A DNA stretch of 64,000 bases, taken from Clostridiales bacterium. Lineage in GTDB: Bacteria > Bacillota > Clostridia > TANB77 > CAG-508. The stretch covers positions 64,032 to 128,031 of the forward strand of contig DQFO01000014.1 in assembly GCA_003525075.1 (NCBI GenBank). Reading direction: 5' to 3'. Each line of letters starts with the position of its first letter. The first letter of the stretch is position 1. Shown piece after piece: positions 48,098-60,125 of this stretch. Position numbers and translations under genes: made by a program. The notes under the pieces were generated by a model. It had not been told where the DNA came from. It was given only the letters and a program-made list of their open reading frames with translations, and ran no database searches.

Positions 48098-48998
48098 ATC
48101 CTGCCTCCTTAGCAACTTTTTGACCATATGTTGATATCATCGCATTTAATAATTTTCTAGCATTACTATTTTCTGGCTCGTCTTTTCTTATTACAGCATA
48201 ATATGCTGTTTGGATATTATATAAACCTGTTTTTATATTATCATAAGTTGGTTCTATTCCATTTACAGATAAAAGTTTTATTTTGTCTTTTGAATACATT
48301 GTTGTAATATAATAATAATATGAATATCCTATAGCATTCTCTTTATTTTGATAATCTGAAACTACATCAACTATATCTACCATAGATTGTGCAACTGTTT
48401 CTTTTTCAGGTTCTTTCATTTTTATTCCTTGCATTACAAGTGATAACATTCCAGACTGACTTCCAGAATTTTGTGGTCTTTGATATGCTAATATTTGAGC
48501 ATCTGTTCCTCCAACTTCTTTCCAATTAGTTACTTTTCCTGAATATATATCTTGAATTTGATTTAATGTTAAATTATCTATTGAATTTTCCTTATTAACA
48601 AAAAATACAAAGGCTTCTTTTACAACTGGTACAATTTCTAATTCTACCCCTGCATCTTTTGCAAGTTGTTGTTCTTCTTCAGATGGATATGTTACTAATA
48701 TTAAATCTGATTTTTTATTTATTAAATTAACATATGCATTATGTGTTTTAGAATGTGTAACATCAACATTTTCAATATCTGTTCCTGTAAATGCTGATTT
48801 ATATGCTTGTGCTAAAGGTAATGTAGCTGTTGAACCATCTATTTTAGGATAATTTTCCATTGTAAAAATTGGATCTTGATTTTTATCTTTCTTTTCCCAT
48901 GCATGTGTAAAATATAAATATGCAACAATACATCCCACAACAACTAATATCATTATAACAATCAATAATATATTTATAGTTTTATTTTCTTTTTCCAT
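48081..48998 (-). CDS. PstS-family (PBP superfamily) phosphate-binding protein, orphan substrate-binding protein
   Basis: 305 aa. A signal anchor is followed by KIDGSTATLPLAQAYKSAF and NWKEVGG, both typical of PstS-like binding proteins. No pstCAB genes are adjacent. Confidence 0.7.
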   Translation of the reverse strand: MEKENKTINILLIVIMILVVVGCIVAYLYFTHAWEKKDKNQDPIFTMENYPKIDGSTATLPLAQAYKSAFTGTDIENVDVTHSKTHNAYVNLINKKSDLILVTYPSEEEQQLAKDAGVELEIVPVVKEAFVFFVNKENSIDNLTLNQIQDIYSGKVTNWKEVGGTDAQILAYQRPQNSGSQSGMLSLVMQGIKMKEPEKETVAQSMVDIVDVVSDYQNKENAIGYSYYYYITTMYSKDKIKLLSVNGIEPTYDNIKTGLYNIQTAYYAVIRKDEPENSNARKLLNAMISTYGQKVAKEAGYVQNY

Positions 48999-49006
48999 AG
49001 TTTCTT

Positions 49007-50068
49007 TTATTCCTTTTCATCTAAAAATTCTGGATATTTTTCTAATATTTCTAGTTTGAATTTTCCTTCTTTCATTTTTTCATCTTGTTCAATTATTAAA
49101 TCTAATTCATATACATCTTTCAATTTTTGAATATTTTCCCTTTTATGTCCAACAACATTATTTACATCTTTAGGATTAATTATAATTTTTACCCTTTTTA
49201 CCTTAGTATTCATTTCTTTTATTCTTTTTAATATATCATCATACCATAAATTTGCTTCTACTAATTGTCTAAATGCTGGATGATATGGACCTGCAACTAC
49301 TTCACTTCCTTTTACAGATGGATCTGTTATTTCATCTGTATTTTGAAGTCCTATTCTAATTATATCTATTCCTTTTTCTCTAAATATTGGTACAATCTCT
49401 TTACATGTTTCTACAGCTTGTACAACTGTTAATGGCTTATATTTTCCTTCTAAATAATCTTTTTCAAGTTTTGTATTATGTATTACTAACACAGGATAAA
49501 TTCTTACCATTTTTGGTTTTAATTTAATTAATTCTTTTGCTGTATTTATTTCATCTAATCTAGTACTTTCTGGCAAACCTACCATCATTTGATGTCCTAG
49601 ATAAAATCCATACCATCTGATTAATTTTGATGCTTTTTTTACATCTTCAAATGTATGCCCTCTGTGACTTTGTTTTAATATATAATCATTTGCAGATTGA
49701 ACTCCTAATTCTATTGTTCTTACTTTATATTTCTTCAATCTTTTTAATATATCTTTATTTATATAATCAGGTCTTGTTGAAACTCTTATACTATCTATTC
49801 TTCCATCTTTTATAAATTTATATGCTGTTTGTAGAAATTCTTCTTGTTTGTCTACATCAATTCCAGTAAAACTTCCACCAAAAAATGCAACTTCTTTTTT
49901 TGCTTCTTTATCTTTTATGTTCTCTAAATAAAAATTAATTGTTTTTATTATATCTTCTTTTGTTATCATTTTTTGTTGACCACTTATTGATTTCTGATTA
50001 CAAAATACACAATCATTTGGACATCCTAAATGTGGTACAAATATTGGAATTATATAACGTTTTTTCAT
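49007..50068 (-). CDS. radical SAM protein (TIGR01212/ELP3-like family)
   Basis: 353 aa. CPNDCVFCNQ is the CxxxCxxC cluster, within an ELP3-like radical SAM core. Confidence 0.75.
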   Translation of the reverse strand: MKKRYIIPIFVPHLGCPNDCVFCNQKSISGQQKMITKEDIIKTINFYLENIKDKEAKKEVAFFGGSFTGIDVDKQEEFLQTAYKFIKDGRIDSIRVSTRPDYINKDILKRLKKYKVRTIELGVQSANDYILKQSHRGHTFEDVKKASKLIRWYGFYLGHQMMVGLPESTRLDEINTAKELIKLKPKMVRIYPVLVIHNTKLEKDYLEGKYKPLTVVQAVETCKEIVPIFREKGIDIIRIGLQNTDEITDPSVKGSEVVAGPYHPAFRQLVEANLWYDDILKRIKEMNTKVKRVKIIINPKDVNNVVGHKRENIQKLKDVYELDLIIEQDEKMKEGKFKLEILEKYPEFLDEKE

Positions 50069-50102
50069 ATTTTTAATTCCTTTCTTACATTATATATTTA
50101 TT

Positions 50103-50771
50103 TTATTTTAAGATTTCAAGAGCTTTTCTTGCAGCTTCCATTTCTGCAATTTTTTTAGATTTTCCTTCACCTATTGCAAGTTTTTTTCCATTCCATTCTA
50201 CTTGTGATACAAATATTTTTGCATGGTCTGGTCCTTTTTCATCTATTATTTCATATTTTATGCTTGTTGTTCCATGTGCTTGTAGTTTTTCTTGAAGTAC
50301 TGTTTTATAATCTTTTTGTCCAACATGTTTTGTTGCAACTTCAATTTCGTTTTTTAAATTATCTATAATAAATCTTTGAGCTTCTTCTAAATTACTATCT
50401 AAGTACATTGCTGCAATTACTGCTTCAACACTGTCTGCTAAAATGGCCTTTCTAATTTGCTCTTTTCCTTTTATTTCTGAATTTCCTAAATATAAAAATT
50501 CATTAAATTTTAGTCTTGTTGCTATTTTATACAAACTATCTTCACATACTACTGTTGCTCTTACTTTTGTCATCTCCCCTTCTTTTAATGTTGGATAATT
50601 TTGATATATATATATACTTGATATGAATTCTAATATGCTATCACCTAAAAATTCTAGTTTTTCATTACTTTGAACTCCTTTTTCATAAGCATATGATGTA
50701 TGTGTTAATGCTCTTTTTAGTAATTCTTTATTTTTAAATGTATATCCTATATTTTCTTCTAAACTCTTCAT
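50103..50771 (-). CDS. rnc: ribonuclease III
   Basis: 222 aa. The RNase III signature is ERLEFLGDSILE. A C-terminal dsRBD is present. Confidence 0.95.
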   Translation of the reverse strand: MKSLEENIGYTFKNKELLKRALTHTSYAYEKGVQSNEKLEFLGDSILEFISSIYIYQNYPTLKEGEMTKVRATVVCEDSLYKIATRLKFNEFLYLGNSEIKGKEQIRKAILADSVEAVIAAMYLDSNLEEAQRFIIDNLKNEIEVATKHVGQKDYKTVLQEKLQAHGTTSIKYEIIDEKGPDHAKIFVSQVEWNGKKLAIGEGKSKKIAEMEAARKALEILK

Positions 50772-51011
50772 GATTTATTTAACTTACCTCTTTTTTCCAT
50801 TATTATATGTTTCTATTTTACTATATCAAATAAAAAAATGCAATAAGAAAAGTGACTTTGTCAACTTTTCTTAACACGATTTGAGTTTTCTACTTGTAGT
50901 AGAAAATCTCAAAGGGAATAGCGATTGGAGCATCATTTTATTATGCAAAAATTATAAATTTTTGCATAATAAAAAGGACATGTTTTTTAACATGCCTATC
51001 TTTTGTTTTTA

Positions 51012-51251
51012 TTATACATTTTCTTTTATGTAATCTACTACATCTCCAACTGTAACAACTTTTTCTGCATCAGCGTCTGGAATTTCTATATCAAATTCTT
51101 CTTCTAATGCCATAACTAATTCTACTATATCTAAAGAATCAGCACCTAAGTCATCAATGAAAGATGCTTCTAATGTAACTGCTGTATCAGCTACACCTAA
51201 TTGTTCAACAATTATTCCTTTTACTTTTTCAAATACTTCTTCTGAACTCAC
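51012..51251 (-). CDS. acpP: acyl carrier protein
   Basis: [19 protein letters not shown] is the phosphopantetheine-attachment motif. The probable start is a GTG (VSSEEVFEK) preceded by SD gagggggtg. Confidence 0.9.
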   Translation of the reverse strand: MSSEEVFEKVKGIIVEQLGVADTAVTLEASFIDDLGADSLDIVELVMALEEEFDIEIPDADAEKVVTVGDVVDYIKENV

Positions 51252-51390
51252 TACAAGTTCACCCCCTCTCAATTTTAAATGATATATTTCATTTAATTTT
51301 CAAATGTTTCTTTAACATTTATATTATATGTTTATTATTTTGTCAAGCATATTTGGATTTTTTTTATTTTTTATACTAACCATTCAATAT

Positions 51391-52416
51391 TTAAGCTTTA
51401 TTAATTTGTTCAAAGTGCTCTATCATCTTATCTACAGCTTTATTTTCAACAAATTTTTCAGCTTGTTTTATTGTAAATTCAAATAGTTTTTCATCACTAC
51501 TTCCATGTGCTTTTACAACTGGCTTTTTTACTCCTAAGAATAATGCTCCTCCATATGATTTATAATCCATTGTCTTTTTAAATCTATTAATTGCTGGCAA
51601 ACATGGTATTGTTCCAATTTTAGCAAATATATTTTGTGTTAGACTTTCTGATAAAGTTCTTTTTACAAATTTTCCAAGTCCTTCTGTTGTTTTCAAAAAT
51701 ACATTTCCTGTAAATCCATCTGTTACTATTGCATCAACTTTTCCTGAAAATGCATCTCTTCCTTCAACATTTCCTATAAAGTTTATTCCTAATTCCTTTG
51801 ATTTTTCTTTTAATAACTGATAACTTTCTTTTACTAACTCATTTCCTTTTGTTTCTTCTGTTCCTATATTTAATAAACCTACTGCTGGTTTTTCAATTCC
51901 AAATGTGTTTCTTAAATATATTGTTGACATTTGAGCAAATTGTAATAAGTTAATTGGTTTACAATTTGTATTTGATCCTGAGTCTATTAATAATAATTGG
52001 CTTTTATATGCTGGTAATATTCCTGCTAATGCTGGTCTATCTATTCCTTTTATTCTTCCAACAATTAATGTTGCTCCTGCAAGCAATGCTCCTGAATTTC
52101 CAGCAGATATGAATACATCACCTTCGTTTTCTTTTAGCATTTTAAATCCAACTACCATTGATGAATCTTTTTTGTGTCTGATTGCATCTGTTGGTCCATC
52201 TTCCATTTCAATTGTTTCTGTTGCATTTTTTATTTTTAGTCTATCTGATACTTCTTCAATTTCTTTTCCTGTAAATTCTTTTACTTTGTTTCTTATTACT
52301 TCTTCTTTTCCTACTAATGTTATTGTTGCTTTTATTTGATTAACTGCTTTTAATGCTCCTTTTATATTGGCATCTGGTGCATTGTCTCCTCCCATTGCGT
52401 CTAGTAATATATTCAT
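51391..52416 (-). CDS. plsX: phosphate acyltransferase PlsX
   Basis: 341 aa with the PlsX family signature (MGGDNAP..., GNVEGRD). It lies upstream of acpP. Confidence 0.95.
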   Translation of the reverse strand: MNILLDAMGGDNAPDANIKGALKAVNQIKATITLVGKEEVIRNKVKEFTGKEIEEVSDRLKIKNATETIEMEDGPTDAIRHKKDSSMVVGFKMLKENEGDVFISAGNSGALLAGATLIVGRIKGIDRPALAGILPAYKSQLLLIDSGSNTNCKPINLLQFAQMSTIYLRNTFGIEKPAVGLLNIGTEETKGNELVKESYQLLKEKSKELGINFIGNVEGRDAFSGKVDAIVTDGFTGNVFLKTTEGLGKFVKRTLSESLTQNIFAKIGTIPCLPAINRFKKTMDYKSYGGALFLGVKKPVVKAHGSSDEKLFEFTIKQAEKFVENKAVDKMIEHFEQINKA

Positions 52417-52559
52417 TGTTTCATTTCCTTTCTTATTATGTTTGTTATATTTTGCTATTATTCTTATTCATGATGTTTCTATTTTATTATTGTTTTATTA
52501 AAATTGCAATAGTAATCAATAAAAAACCATAGAAATTTATATTTCTATGGTTTTTTGTT

Positions 52560-53693
52560 TTATCTTTCTTCGTCTTGTTCTTCATCCGTTTTAAAAGTTA
52601 ATTCAAAGTCTTCTTGTTCCTTATCCTGTATTAGCTGTTCTTGTTGATGTTGTTCCCCTTCTTTTGCTTGTTCATTATCTTCTTGACACTCTTTCTTTAC
52701 TTTTTCTCTATATTCCTTTGATTTATCAATAACTTCTGAATTTTCTTCTACTTTTTCATCTTTTTTATTTTTAGAAAAAATATTAGAAATTTTACTTCCT
52801 AAATTTTTAAATACTTCTGCTAATTTAGAATTTTTTATTTTTGTAACAATATTTTCTTTTTTTATTATTGCTGGTAAATTATTTCCCTGGTCTTTTACAG
52901 TTTTATCATTTTCTTCAATTTCTTTAACAGATATCATTCTTTCTTTTAATTGTCTTTTTAATTCATCTTGCTTTTTTACTGCATCTTTCCCACCAATTAT
53001 TCCTGATACCATCAAAGATTGCTGTGTTTCGATAAGTTCCTTTAACTTACCTATTTCTTTATCATCTTTTTCAACATCTTCTATTACTTTTTCCCATTTA
53101 TCTATATCAGTTTTAGAAACTCTTTTTAATTCAGAAATTTTATTTTCATTATTAACTAATTGTTCTCCATACTTTTCACCAACAATTCTTCCAGAAGCAA
53201 ACATTGCTCTATGATTTTCAACCATTTCCTTAGTTTCATCATATCTTTTATTTATCTCTGGTGCAGATTTTATTTTCTCTTTATATGCTATTGCCAATTC
53301 TCTCTTATAAGCCATAATTTTATTATGAGGAATTTCCCTCATACTAGCTAATTCTTTTTTATATTCTTCTATTTGTTTGAAATATCCCTCTGATACTTGT
53401 CTTCCAGATATAACCATTGCATTATGTGATTCAATTAATTCTGACAATTCATTTATTCTATTATTATTTTTTTCATATTCATCTAGTTTTTTCTCGTATT
53501 CATTTACTTTATCATCTATCTGTTTTTCACTTATAACAGACATACTAGAATATTTCTCTTTCATAGATTTCAATTGTTCAAAATACATCTCTCCTACTTT
53601 TTTTCCTGAAGCAATTACAGCATTATGATTTGCAATTTCCTCTTCTAAATCTTTTACGTTTTTATTATTTTCATACATTTCTGATATTGTCAT
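52560..53693 (-). CDS. hypothetical protein with four internal ~55-60 aa repeats
   Basis: 377 aa. Repeats are anchored by IANHNAVIASGKKVGEMYFEQL, IESHNAMVISGRQVSEGYFKQI, VENHRAMFASGRIVGEKYGEQL and IETQQSLMVSGIIGGKDAVKKQ. The C-terminus is acidic. A terminator hairpin lies at 52521-52558. Confidence 0.5.
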   Translation of the reverse strand: MTISEMYENNKNVKDLEEEIANHNAVIASGKKVGEMYFEQLKSMKEKYSSMSVISEKQIDDKVNEYEKKLDEYEKNNNRINELSELIESHNAMVISGRQVSEGYFKQIEEYKKELASMREIPHNKIMAYKRELAIAYKEKIKSAPEINKRYDETKEMVENHRAMFASGRIVGEKYGEQLVNNENKISELKRVSKTDIDKWEKVIEDVEKDDKEIGKLKELIETQQSLMVSGIIGGKDAVKKQDELKRQLKERMISVKEIEENDKTVKDQGNNLPAIIKKENIVTKIKNSKLAEVFKNLGSKISNIFSKNKKDEKVEENSEVIDKSKEYREKVKKECQEDNEQAKEGEQHQQEQLIQDKEQEDFELTFKTDEEQDEER

Positions 53694-53929
53694 ATAAAAT
53701 CATCCTTTCTTTACATAAAATTACAGCAACTAGTTTTATTTTAGCACAATTTAGCATAATTGTCAACTTTATGTAAATTAAACTAGTATCATCTAAACTA
53801 CCATAATTATAACTTATACAATAAAAAAAGTATATTTCAATATCATTAAATTTTCATTACAATTTTATTACAATTTTCATGCTTTTTTGATATATGACAA
53901 TTTTGTCTATATTAGGTACTTGTTTCCGA

Positions 53930-53970
53930 ATACAAAAAGAACTATGAAAAATTCATAGTTCTTTTTGTAT
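53930..53970. terminator. terminator-like perfect hairpin downstream of tuf
   Basis: atacaaaaagaactatg aaaaatt catagttctttttgtat, a 17-bp perfect stem. Confidence 0.65.
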
Positions 53971-53981
53971 TTATTCAAATA

Positions 53982-55184
53982 TTATTCAATTATATCAGCA
54001 ACAACACCTGAACCAACTGTTCTACCACCTTCACGAATAGCGAATCTTAATCCCTTTTCGATAGCGATAGGTGTAATTAATTCAATTGTCATTGATACGT
54101 TATCACCTGGCATAACCATTTCTGTTCCAGCAGGTAATTCAATAACACCTGTTACGTCTGTTGTTCTGAAATAGAATTGTGGTCTGTATCCGTTGAAGAA
54201 TGGTGTATGACGTCCACCTTCTTCTTTTGTTAGAACGTATACTTCTGATGTGAATTTTGTATGTGGATGTATTGTTCCTGGTTTACATAGTACTTGACCT
54301 CTTTCGATGTCTTTTCTATCAATACCTCTTAATAATGTTCCGATATTATCTCCAGCTTCAGCTTGGTCTAATAATTTTCTGAACATTTCAACACCTGTTA
54401 CAACTGTTTTCTTTCTTTCTTGTGATAATCCTATGATTTCAACTTCGTCAGAAACTTTAACTTCTCCTCTTTCTACTCTACCTGTAGCAACTGTACCACG
54501 TCCTGTGATTGTGAATACATCTTCAACTGGCATTAAGAATGGTTGGTCAATTGGTCTTTGTGGTGTTGGGATATAGCTATCAACTGCATCCATTAATTCT
54601 TTCATTGGAGCATAAACTGGATCGTTAGGATCTGTTGATGTGCTCTCTAATACTTTTAATGATGATCCTTTTACAACTGGAATTTCGTCTCCTGGGAAAC
54701 CATATTCTGTTAATAAGTCTCTAACTTCCATTTCAACTAATTCTAATAATTCTGGATCGTCAACCATATCACATTTATTTAAGTAAACAACGATGTATTT
54801 TACACCTACTTGTCTAGCTAATAAGATGTGTTCTCTTGTTTGTGGCATTGGTCCATCAGCTGCAGAAACAACTAATATTGCACCATCCATTTGTGCAGCA
54901 CCTGTGATCATGTTCTTTACATAGTCAGCATGTCCTGGGCAGTCAACGTGAGCATAGTGTCTTGTATCTGTTTCATATTCAACGTGAGCTGTATTAATTG
55001 TGATTCCTCTTGCTTTTTCTTCTGGTGCTCCATCGATTTGATCATAAGCTTCGAATTTAGCTTGACCTTTTAATGATAAATATTTTGTAATAGCAGCTGT
55101 TGTTGTTGTTTTTCCATGGTCTACGTGTCCGATAGTACCGATGTTAACGTGTGGCTTTGTTCTTTCAAATTTTGCTTTTGCCAT
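53982..55184 (-). CDS. tuf: elongation factor Tu
   Basis: 400 aa. [17 protein letters not shown] and NKCD are present. Confidence 0.98.
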   Translation of the reverse strand: MAKAKFERTKPHVNIGTIGHVDHGKTTTTAAITKYLSLKGQAKFEAYDQIDGAPEEKARGITINTAHVEYETDTRHYAHVDCPGHADYVKNMITGAAQMDGAILVVSAADGPMPQTREHILLARQVGVKYIVVYLNKCDMVDDPELLELVEMEVRDLLTEYGFPGDEIPVVKGSSLKVLESTSTDPNDPVYAPMKELMDAVDSYIPTPQRPIDQPFLMPVEDVFTITGRGTVATGRVERGEVKVSDEVEIIGLSQERKKTVVTGVEMFRKLLDQAEAGDNIGTLLRGIDRKDIERGQVLCKPGTIHPHTKFTSEVYVLTKEEGGRHTPFFNGYRPQFYFRTTDVTGVIELPAGTEMVMPGDNVSMTIELITPIAIEKGLRFAIREGGRTVGSGVVADIIE

Positions 55185-55328
55185 TTTTTATTCCTCCTTA
55201 TTTTTTTGAGATTTCTCTCTATATTTTAAATTTAATAACGTATTTTATTTTGCACTTGCATTTTATAACATTTCAGCCTAAAATGCAAGCGTTTTTACAA
55301 AATTCACATATTTCTTTATTTTAGTGTA

Positions 55329-57413
55329 TTAGTTTTCTTTCTTAGCTCTTGAAGCTACGATTGCTTCTAATACTGATTTTGGAACTTCTTCATAATGAGA
55401 TGGTTCCATAGAGTATGTTCCTCTACCTTGTGTTTTTGAACGTAAGTCTGTAGCATAACCAAACATTTCTGATAATGGTATGAATGCTTTTATTTCTTGC
55501 ATTCCATCATTTGCTTCCATTCCTTCCATTCTACCACGTCTTGAGTTTACATCTCCAATAACATCTCCCATGTATTCTTCTGGAACTGTTATTTCTACTT
55601 TCATTATTGGCTCTAATAGAACTGACTTAGCTTGTTTACATCCTTCTTTGAATGCCATTGATGCAGCTATTTTGAATGCCATTTCTGAAGAGTCAACTTC
55701 ATGGTATGATCCATCTACTAATGATGCTTTGAAATCGATTACTGGATATCCAGCTAAAATTCCTGTTTCAGCAGCTTCTCTTAAACCTTGTTCAATTGGT
55801 TTAATATATTCTTTTGGAACTGCTCCACCAACAATTTTACTTTCGAATTCAACACCTTTACCTGGCTCTAATGGTTCCATTTCAAACCATACGTCTCCGT
55901 ATTGTCCTTTACCACCAGATTGACGGATAAATTTACCTTGAACTTTAACTTTATTTCTTATTGTTTCTTTGTAAGCAACTTGTGGTTTACCTACATTACA
56001 TTCTACTTTGAATTCTCTCTTTAATCTATCAACAATGATATCTAGGTGTAATTCACCCATACCAGCAATGATTGTTTGACCTGTTTCTTGATTTGTATAA
56101 GCTTTGAATGTTGGGTCTTCTTCAGCTAATTTTGCTAAAGCTATTCCCATTTTTTCTTGAGCAGCTTTATCTTTTGGTTCAATAGCTATATCAATAACTG
56201 GTTCTGGGAATTCCATTGATTCTAGAATTATTGGATGTTCAGGATCACATAATGTATTTCCTGTTGTAACATCTTTTAATCCAACTGCAGCAGCAATATC
56301 ACCAGCATATACTTTTTCAATATCTTCTCTGTGATTTGAGTGCATTTGTAGAATTCTTCCAATTCTTTCTTTTTTATCTTTACTTGAATTTAAAACTGTA
56401 GATCCTGTTTCTAATGTTCCTGAATATACTCTAAAGAAACATAATTTTCCTACAAATGGATCTGTTGCAATTTTAAATGCTAATGCAGCAAATGGTTCTG
56501 AATCAGATGTTTTAGCTTCTGTTTCAACACCATCTAATGTTGTTCCTTTGATATGTGGTATATCTAATGGAGATGGCATATAGTCAACTATTGCATTTAA
56601 TAATTCTTGTACACCTTTGTTTTTATATGAAGAACCACATGTTACTGGAACGATTTGATTTGCTATTGTTCCTTTTCTTAATGCTTTTTTGATTTCTTCT
56701 TCAGATGGTTCTTTTCCATCTAAATAATTCATCATTAATTCTTCATCTTGTTCACATGCAGCTTCAATCATTGTAGTTCTCCATTTTTTAGCTTCTTCTA
56801 ACATATCTTCTGGAATATCTGTTTCTTCAATTTCTTTTCCTAAATCATCTTTATGAATGAATGCTCTCATTTTAATTAAATCAACAATTCCTCTAAAGTG
56901 ATCTTCTGCTCCGATTGGTAATTGAACTGGTACTGGATTTGCATGTAATCTATTTTTTAATTGGTCAACGCAAAGCATAAAGTTTGCTCCAACGATGTCC
57001 ATTTTATTTACATATACCATTCTTGGAACTTGGTATTTATCAGCTTGTCTCCAAACTGTTTCTGTTTGTGGTTGAACTCCACCTTTTGCTGCTAATACTG
57101 TAACCGCACCATCAAGTACTCTTAGAGATCTTTGTACTTCTACTGTAAAGTCAACGTGACCTGGAGTATCAATTATATTGATTCTGTTATTTTTCCAGAA
57201 ACATGTTGTTGCAGCAGATGTTATTGTTATACCTCTTTCTTGTTCTTGTTCCATCCAGTCCATTGTTGCAGCACCCTCGTGAACTTCTCCTATTTTATGT
57301 GTTTTCCCTGTATAGAATAATATTCTCTCTGTTGTTGTTGTTTTACCAGCATCAATATGAGCCATTATTCCTATATTTCTAGTTCTTTCTAGTGGGTATG
57401 CTCTTCCTGCCAT
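55329..57413 (-). CDS. fusA: elongation factor G
   Basis: 694 aa. [17 protein letters not shown] and domains III-V are present. Confidence 0.98.
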   Translation of the reverse strand: MAGRAYPLERTRNIGIMAHIDAGKTTTTERILFYTGKTHKIGEVHEGAATMDWMEQEQERGITITSAATTCFWKNNRINIIDTPGHVDFTVEVQRSLRVLDGAVTVLAAKGGVQPQTETVWRQADKYQVPRMVYVNKMDIVGANFMLCVDQLKNRLHANPVPVQLPIGAEDHFRGIVDLIKMRAFIHKDDLGKEIEETDIPEDMLEEAKKWRTTMIEAACEQDEELMMNYLDGKEPSEEEIKKALRKGTIANQIVPVTCGSSYKNKGVQELLNAIVDYMPSPLDIPHIKGTTLDGVETEAKTSDSEPFAALAFKIATDPFVGKLCFFRVYSGTLETGSTVLNSSKDKKERIGRILQMHSNHREDIEKVYAGDIAAAVGLKDVTTGNTLCDPEHPIILESMEFPEPVIDIAIEPKDKAAQEKMGIALAKLAEEDPTFKAYTNQETGQTIIAGMGELHLDIIVDRLKREFKVECNVGKPQVAYKETIRNKVKVQGKFIRQSGGKGQYGDVWFEMEPLEPGKGVEFESKIVGGAVPKEYIKPIEQGLREAAETGILAGYPVIDFKASLVDGSYHEVDSSEMAFKIAASMAFKEGCKQAKSVLLEPIMKVEITVPEEYMGDVIGDVNSRRGRMEGMEANDGMQEIKAFIPLSEMFGYATDLRSKTQGRGTYSMEPSHYEEVPKSVLEAIVASRAKKEN

Positions 57414-57483
57414 GTAATTATTCCCTCCTTTTTTTCATTTTATGATTGAAATAATTGTTACACTTTTTTTCTCAATCTAAATT

Positions 57484-57954
57484 TTACCATTTATAATGTG
57501 CAAATGCTTTATTAGCTTCTGCCATTCTATGTGTATCTTCTTTCTTCTTAAATGCTCCACCGTTTCCATTAACAGCGTCCATGATTTCACCAGCTAATTT
57601 CTCAGCCATTGTTTTTTCATGTCTTGTTCTAGCATATGTTACTAACCATCTTAAACCTAATGTTTGTCTTCTTTCAGGTCTAATTTCTAATGGTACTTGG
57701 TATGTTGCTCCACCAACTCTTCTTGCTTTTACTTCAAGAACTGGCATGATGTTTTCTAATGCTGCTTCAAATACTTCTAATGGATTTTTTCCTTCTTTTT
57801 CTTTTATTATATCAAAAGCATCATAAACTATTCCTTGAGCAACTGATTTTTTACCATCTAACATTATGTTGTTAATTAATTTTGTAACAACTTTGCTATT
57901 GTATATTGGATCTGGTAATACATCTCTTTTTGCTATAAATCCTCTTCTTGGCAC
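57484..57954 (-). CDS. rpsG: 30S ribosomal protein S7
   Basis: 156 aa of conserved S7 sequence. Confidence 0.97.
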   Translation of the reverse strand: MPRRGFIAKRDVLPDPIYNSKVVTKLINNIMLDGKKSVAQGIVYDAFDIIKEKEGKNPLEVFEAALENIMPVLEVKARRVGGATYQVPLEIRPERRQTLGLRWLVTYARTRHEKTMAEKLAGEIMDAVNGNGGAFKKKEDTHRMAEANKAFAHYKW

Positions 57955-58130
57955 TATTCTTCACTCCTTTTCTTTCTGAGATTTGCTCTCTTATTGATGA
58001 TATCTATAAGATATCTAAGTTACTCTGAAAATCTATTGATTTTCCGTTTAGTGCTACATTATCTATTCTAAATTTAAGTACCTTAATTTAGTAAGATGTG
58101 CATGCACTATAAAATAAATCCTTTATCGAT

Positions 58131-58544
58131 TTATTTTTTTGGGCGTTTTGCTCCATATTTTGAACGTCCTTGCATTCTGTCTTTTACACCTGCAGTATCT
58201 AATGTTCCTCTGATAATATGGTATCTAACACCTGGAAGGTCTTTTACTCTTCCTCCTCTGATTAGAACAACACTATGTTCTTGTAAGTTATGTCCTATTC
58301 CTGGGATATATGATGTTACTTCATAACCATTTGAAAGTCTAACTCTGGCAACTTTTCTTAAAGCTGAGTTTGGCTTCTTTGGTGTTACTGTTTTTACAAC
58401 TGTACATACACCTCTTTTTTGTGGTGCTTTATTGTTTGTTAATGTTTTGTTTTTTGAATTCCATCCATGTTGTAAAGCTGGTGCTGTTGATTTTGCCTTT
58501 GTTGATTTTCTTCCTTTTCTTACTAATTGATTAATTGTTGGCAC
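58131..58544 (-). CDS. rpsL: 30S ribosomal protein S12
   Basis: 137 aa. The N-terminus is [13 protein letters not shown] and the [10 protein letters not shown] region is present. Confidence 0.97.
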   Translation of the reverse strand: MPTINQLVRKGRKSTKAKSTAPALQHGWNSKNKTLTNNKAPQKRGVCTVVKTVTPKKPNSALRKVARVRLSNGYEVTSYIPGIGHNLQEHSVVLIRGGRVKDLPGVRYHIIRGTLDTAGVKDRMQGRSKYGAKRPKK

Positions 58545-58689
58545 TTAAATTTCACCTCTTTCCCTAATTTTACTTAATTTTAAAAATTAAATTAACCGCA
58601 AACAAATTATTAAAAATAATTCGTATTGCGGTTAATATTTTATCATTTTTTTCCTATTATGTCAATGTTTTTTATATTAAATTTATTAA

Positions 58690-59973
58690 TTATTCTTTAT
58701 TTCCTTCTGGTAATATATTTGCACTACTTATATTAAATATTTTCTTCATAAAACATTTTATTTTTTCTGATAGTGTTACATTTCCAATTATATCTACTAA
58801 TGCATTTTGTGTTGAATTTTTTACTATTTTTTGTAAAATTTTTATTTCTTTTTTACTTATTTTTGCTTCATTTATATATGATAAATTATATGTTATAGCT
58901 GGTAATATATCTGAATCGTAATCATCTATTGATGAAAATGACATTACATAGTTATATACTAAATTTTGAGAATCCATATCATATTGTACTGCATATCTAT
59001 CTAAAATTTCACAAACAATTGGATCCATTTTCTTTATTGCTATATTTCTTAAGTTTCTATAGTTCTTTGCTGAATATTCTATTAACTCTCTTTTCCATGT
59101 TTCTCTTTCAAATTTTTCTTTTTCTAATATTTTTTCTTTAATAGGATATATTTTTATTGTTGTTTCATTACTTAATTCTGCTTTATATATTAATTCACCA
59201 TTTTCTACTTTTACAACAATATTCTTTATCGTTGTTGGTTCTTCTGTATTTGTATTAACTAATTGATTTTCTTCAGTTTCTTCTAAAGTAATTATTTCTT
59301 TTTCTAAATTTTTAGTTATTTCATTTATATTATTATAATAATCTGTTAATACTGGATCAATAGCAATTTCTTCAATAGGTTTTAGCTCTTCATTTATTAA
59401 TTGAACTTGTTCGTTTTCTTCTTTATTTTCAATTTCTTGTTTTTCTATTATTTCATTTATTTGTTCAGATTGTTCTTGGCTTTCTTCTATTTCTGTAGTT
59501 GAAAATAAATTAATTACATCAACAATTTGATTATGTTTGATCAATCTTTTTGCAAACATAATTCTAGCCATACTTTGTCCTATTTCATTTATGTTATCTG
59601 TTAATTCATAAATTTCTTCTGGATCAAGATTGTCTCTATTTTCTTCTATTTGTTCACTAATAATTCTACTTTTTCTTACACTTTCAGCAATCAAATTATC
59701 TATTTCTATAAATGCTTGTTCTCTAACTCTTAAAAGTTTAGAATTTATTTGATTTTGAAACCATTGGCTTTGGTTTCCTAAATCTGATATTTGTTTTCCT
59801 AAGCAATTTACTTCTGACCAAACATCTTCATCATTATTTATTTTATTTTGTGCTTTTTTTGTATTTCTTTCTTTTGCTAATTCATTTCTTTTGCTTTCTA
59901 TATCTCTTATCTGAGCACTTAAAACTGCTTTTTCATTAACAAATATATCTAATTCATTAATTAATTCTTCCAT
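58690..59973 (-). CDS. acidic coiled-coil hypothetical protein
   Basis: 427 aa, E/N/I-rich with heptad segments. No recognisable catalytic motif. A hairpin lies at 58590-58640. Confidence 0.45.
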   Translation of the reverse strand: MEELINELDIFVNEKAVLSAQIRDIESKRNELAKERNTKKAQNKINNDEDVWSEVNCLGKQISDLGNQSQWFQNQINSKLLRVREQAFIEIDNLIAESVRKSRIISEQIEENRDNLDPEEIYELTDNINEIGQSMARIMFAKRLIKHNQIVDVINLFSTTEIEESQEQSEQINEIIEKQEIENKEENEQVQLINEELKPIEEIAIDPVLTDYYNNINEITKNLEKEIITLEETEENQLVNTNTEEPTTIKNIVVKVENGELIYKAELSNETTIKIYPIKEKILEKEKFERETWKRELIEYSAKNYRNLRNIAIKKMDPIVCEILDRYAVQYDMDSQNLVYNYVMSFSSIDDYDSDILPAITYNLSYINEAKISKKEIKILQKIVKNSTQNALVDIIGNVTLSEKIKCFMKKIFNISSANILPEGNKE

Positions 59974-60125
59974 CTTTTTTTAACCTGTTATATTAAGTTG
60001 ATTGCTTCTTAATACATTCCTTTCTTTTGTTATTTCCGAATTTTATTCATTTGTTATTCTATCATATGACTTTATTTCTTGCAAGAGTTTTTTGTCAATT
60101 TTTTTAATATTTTATCATTTTTTGG

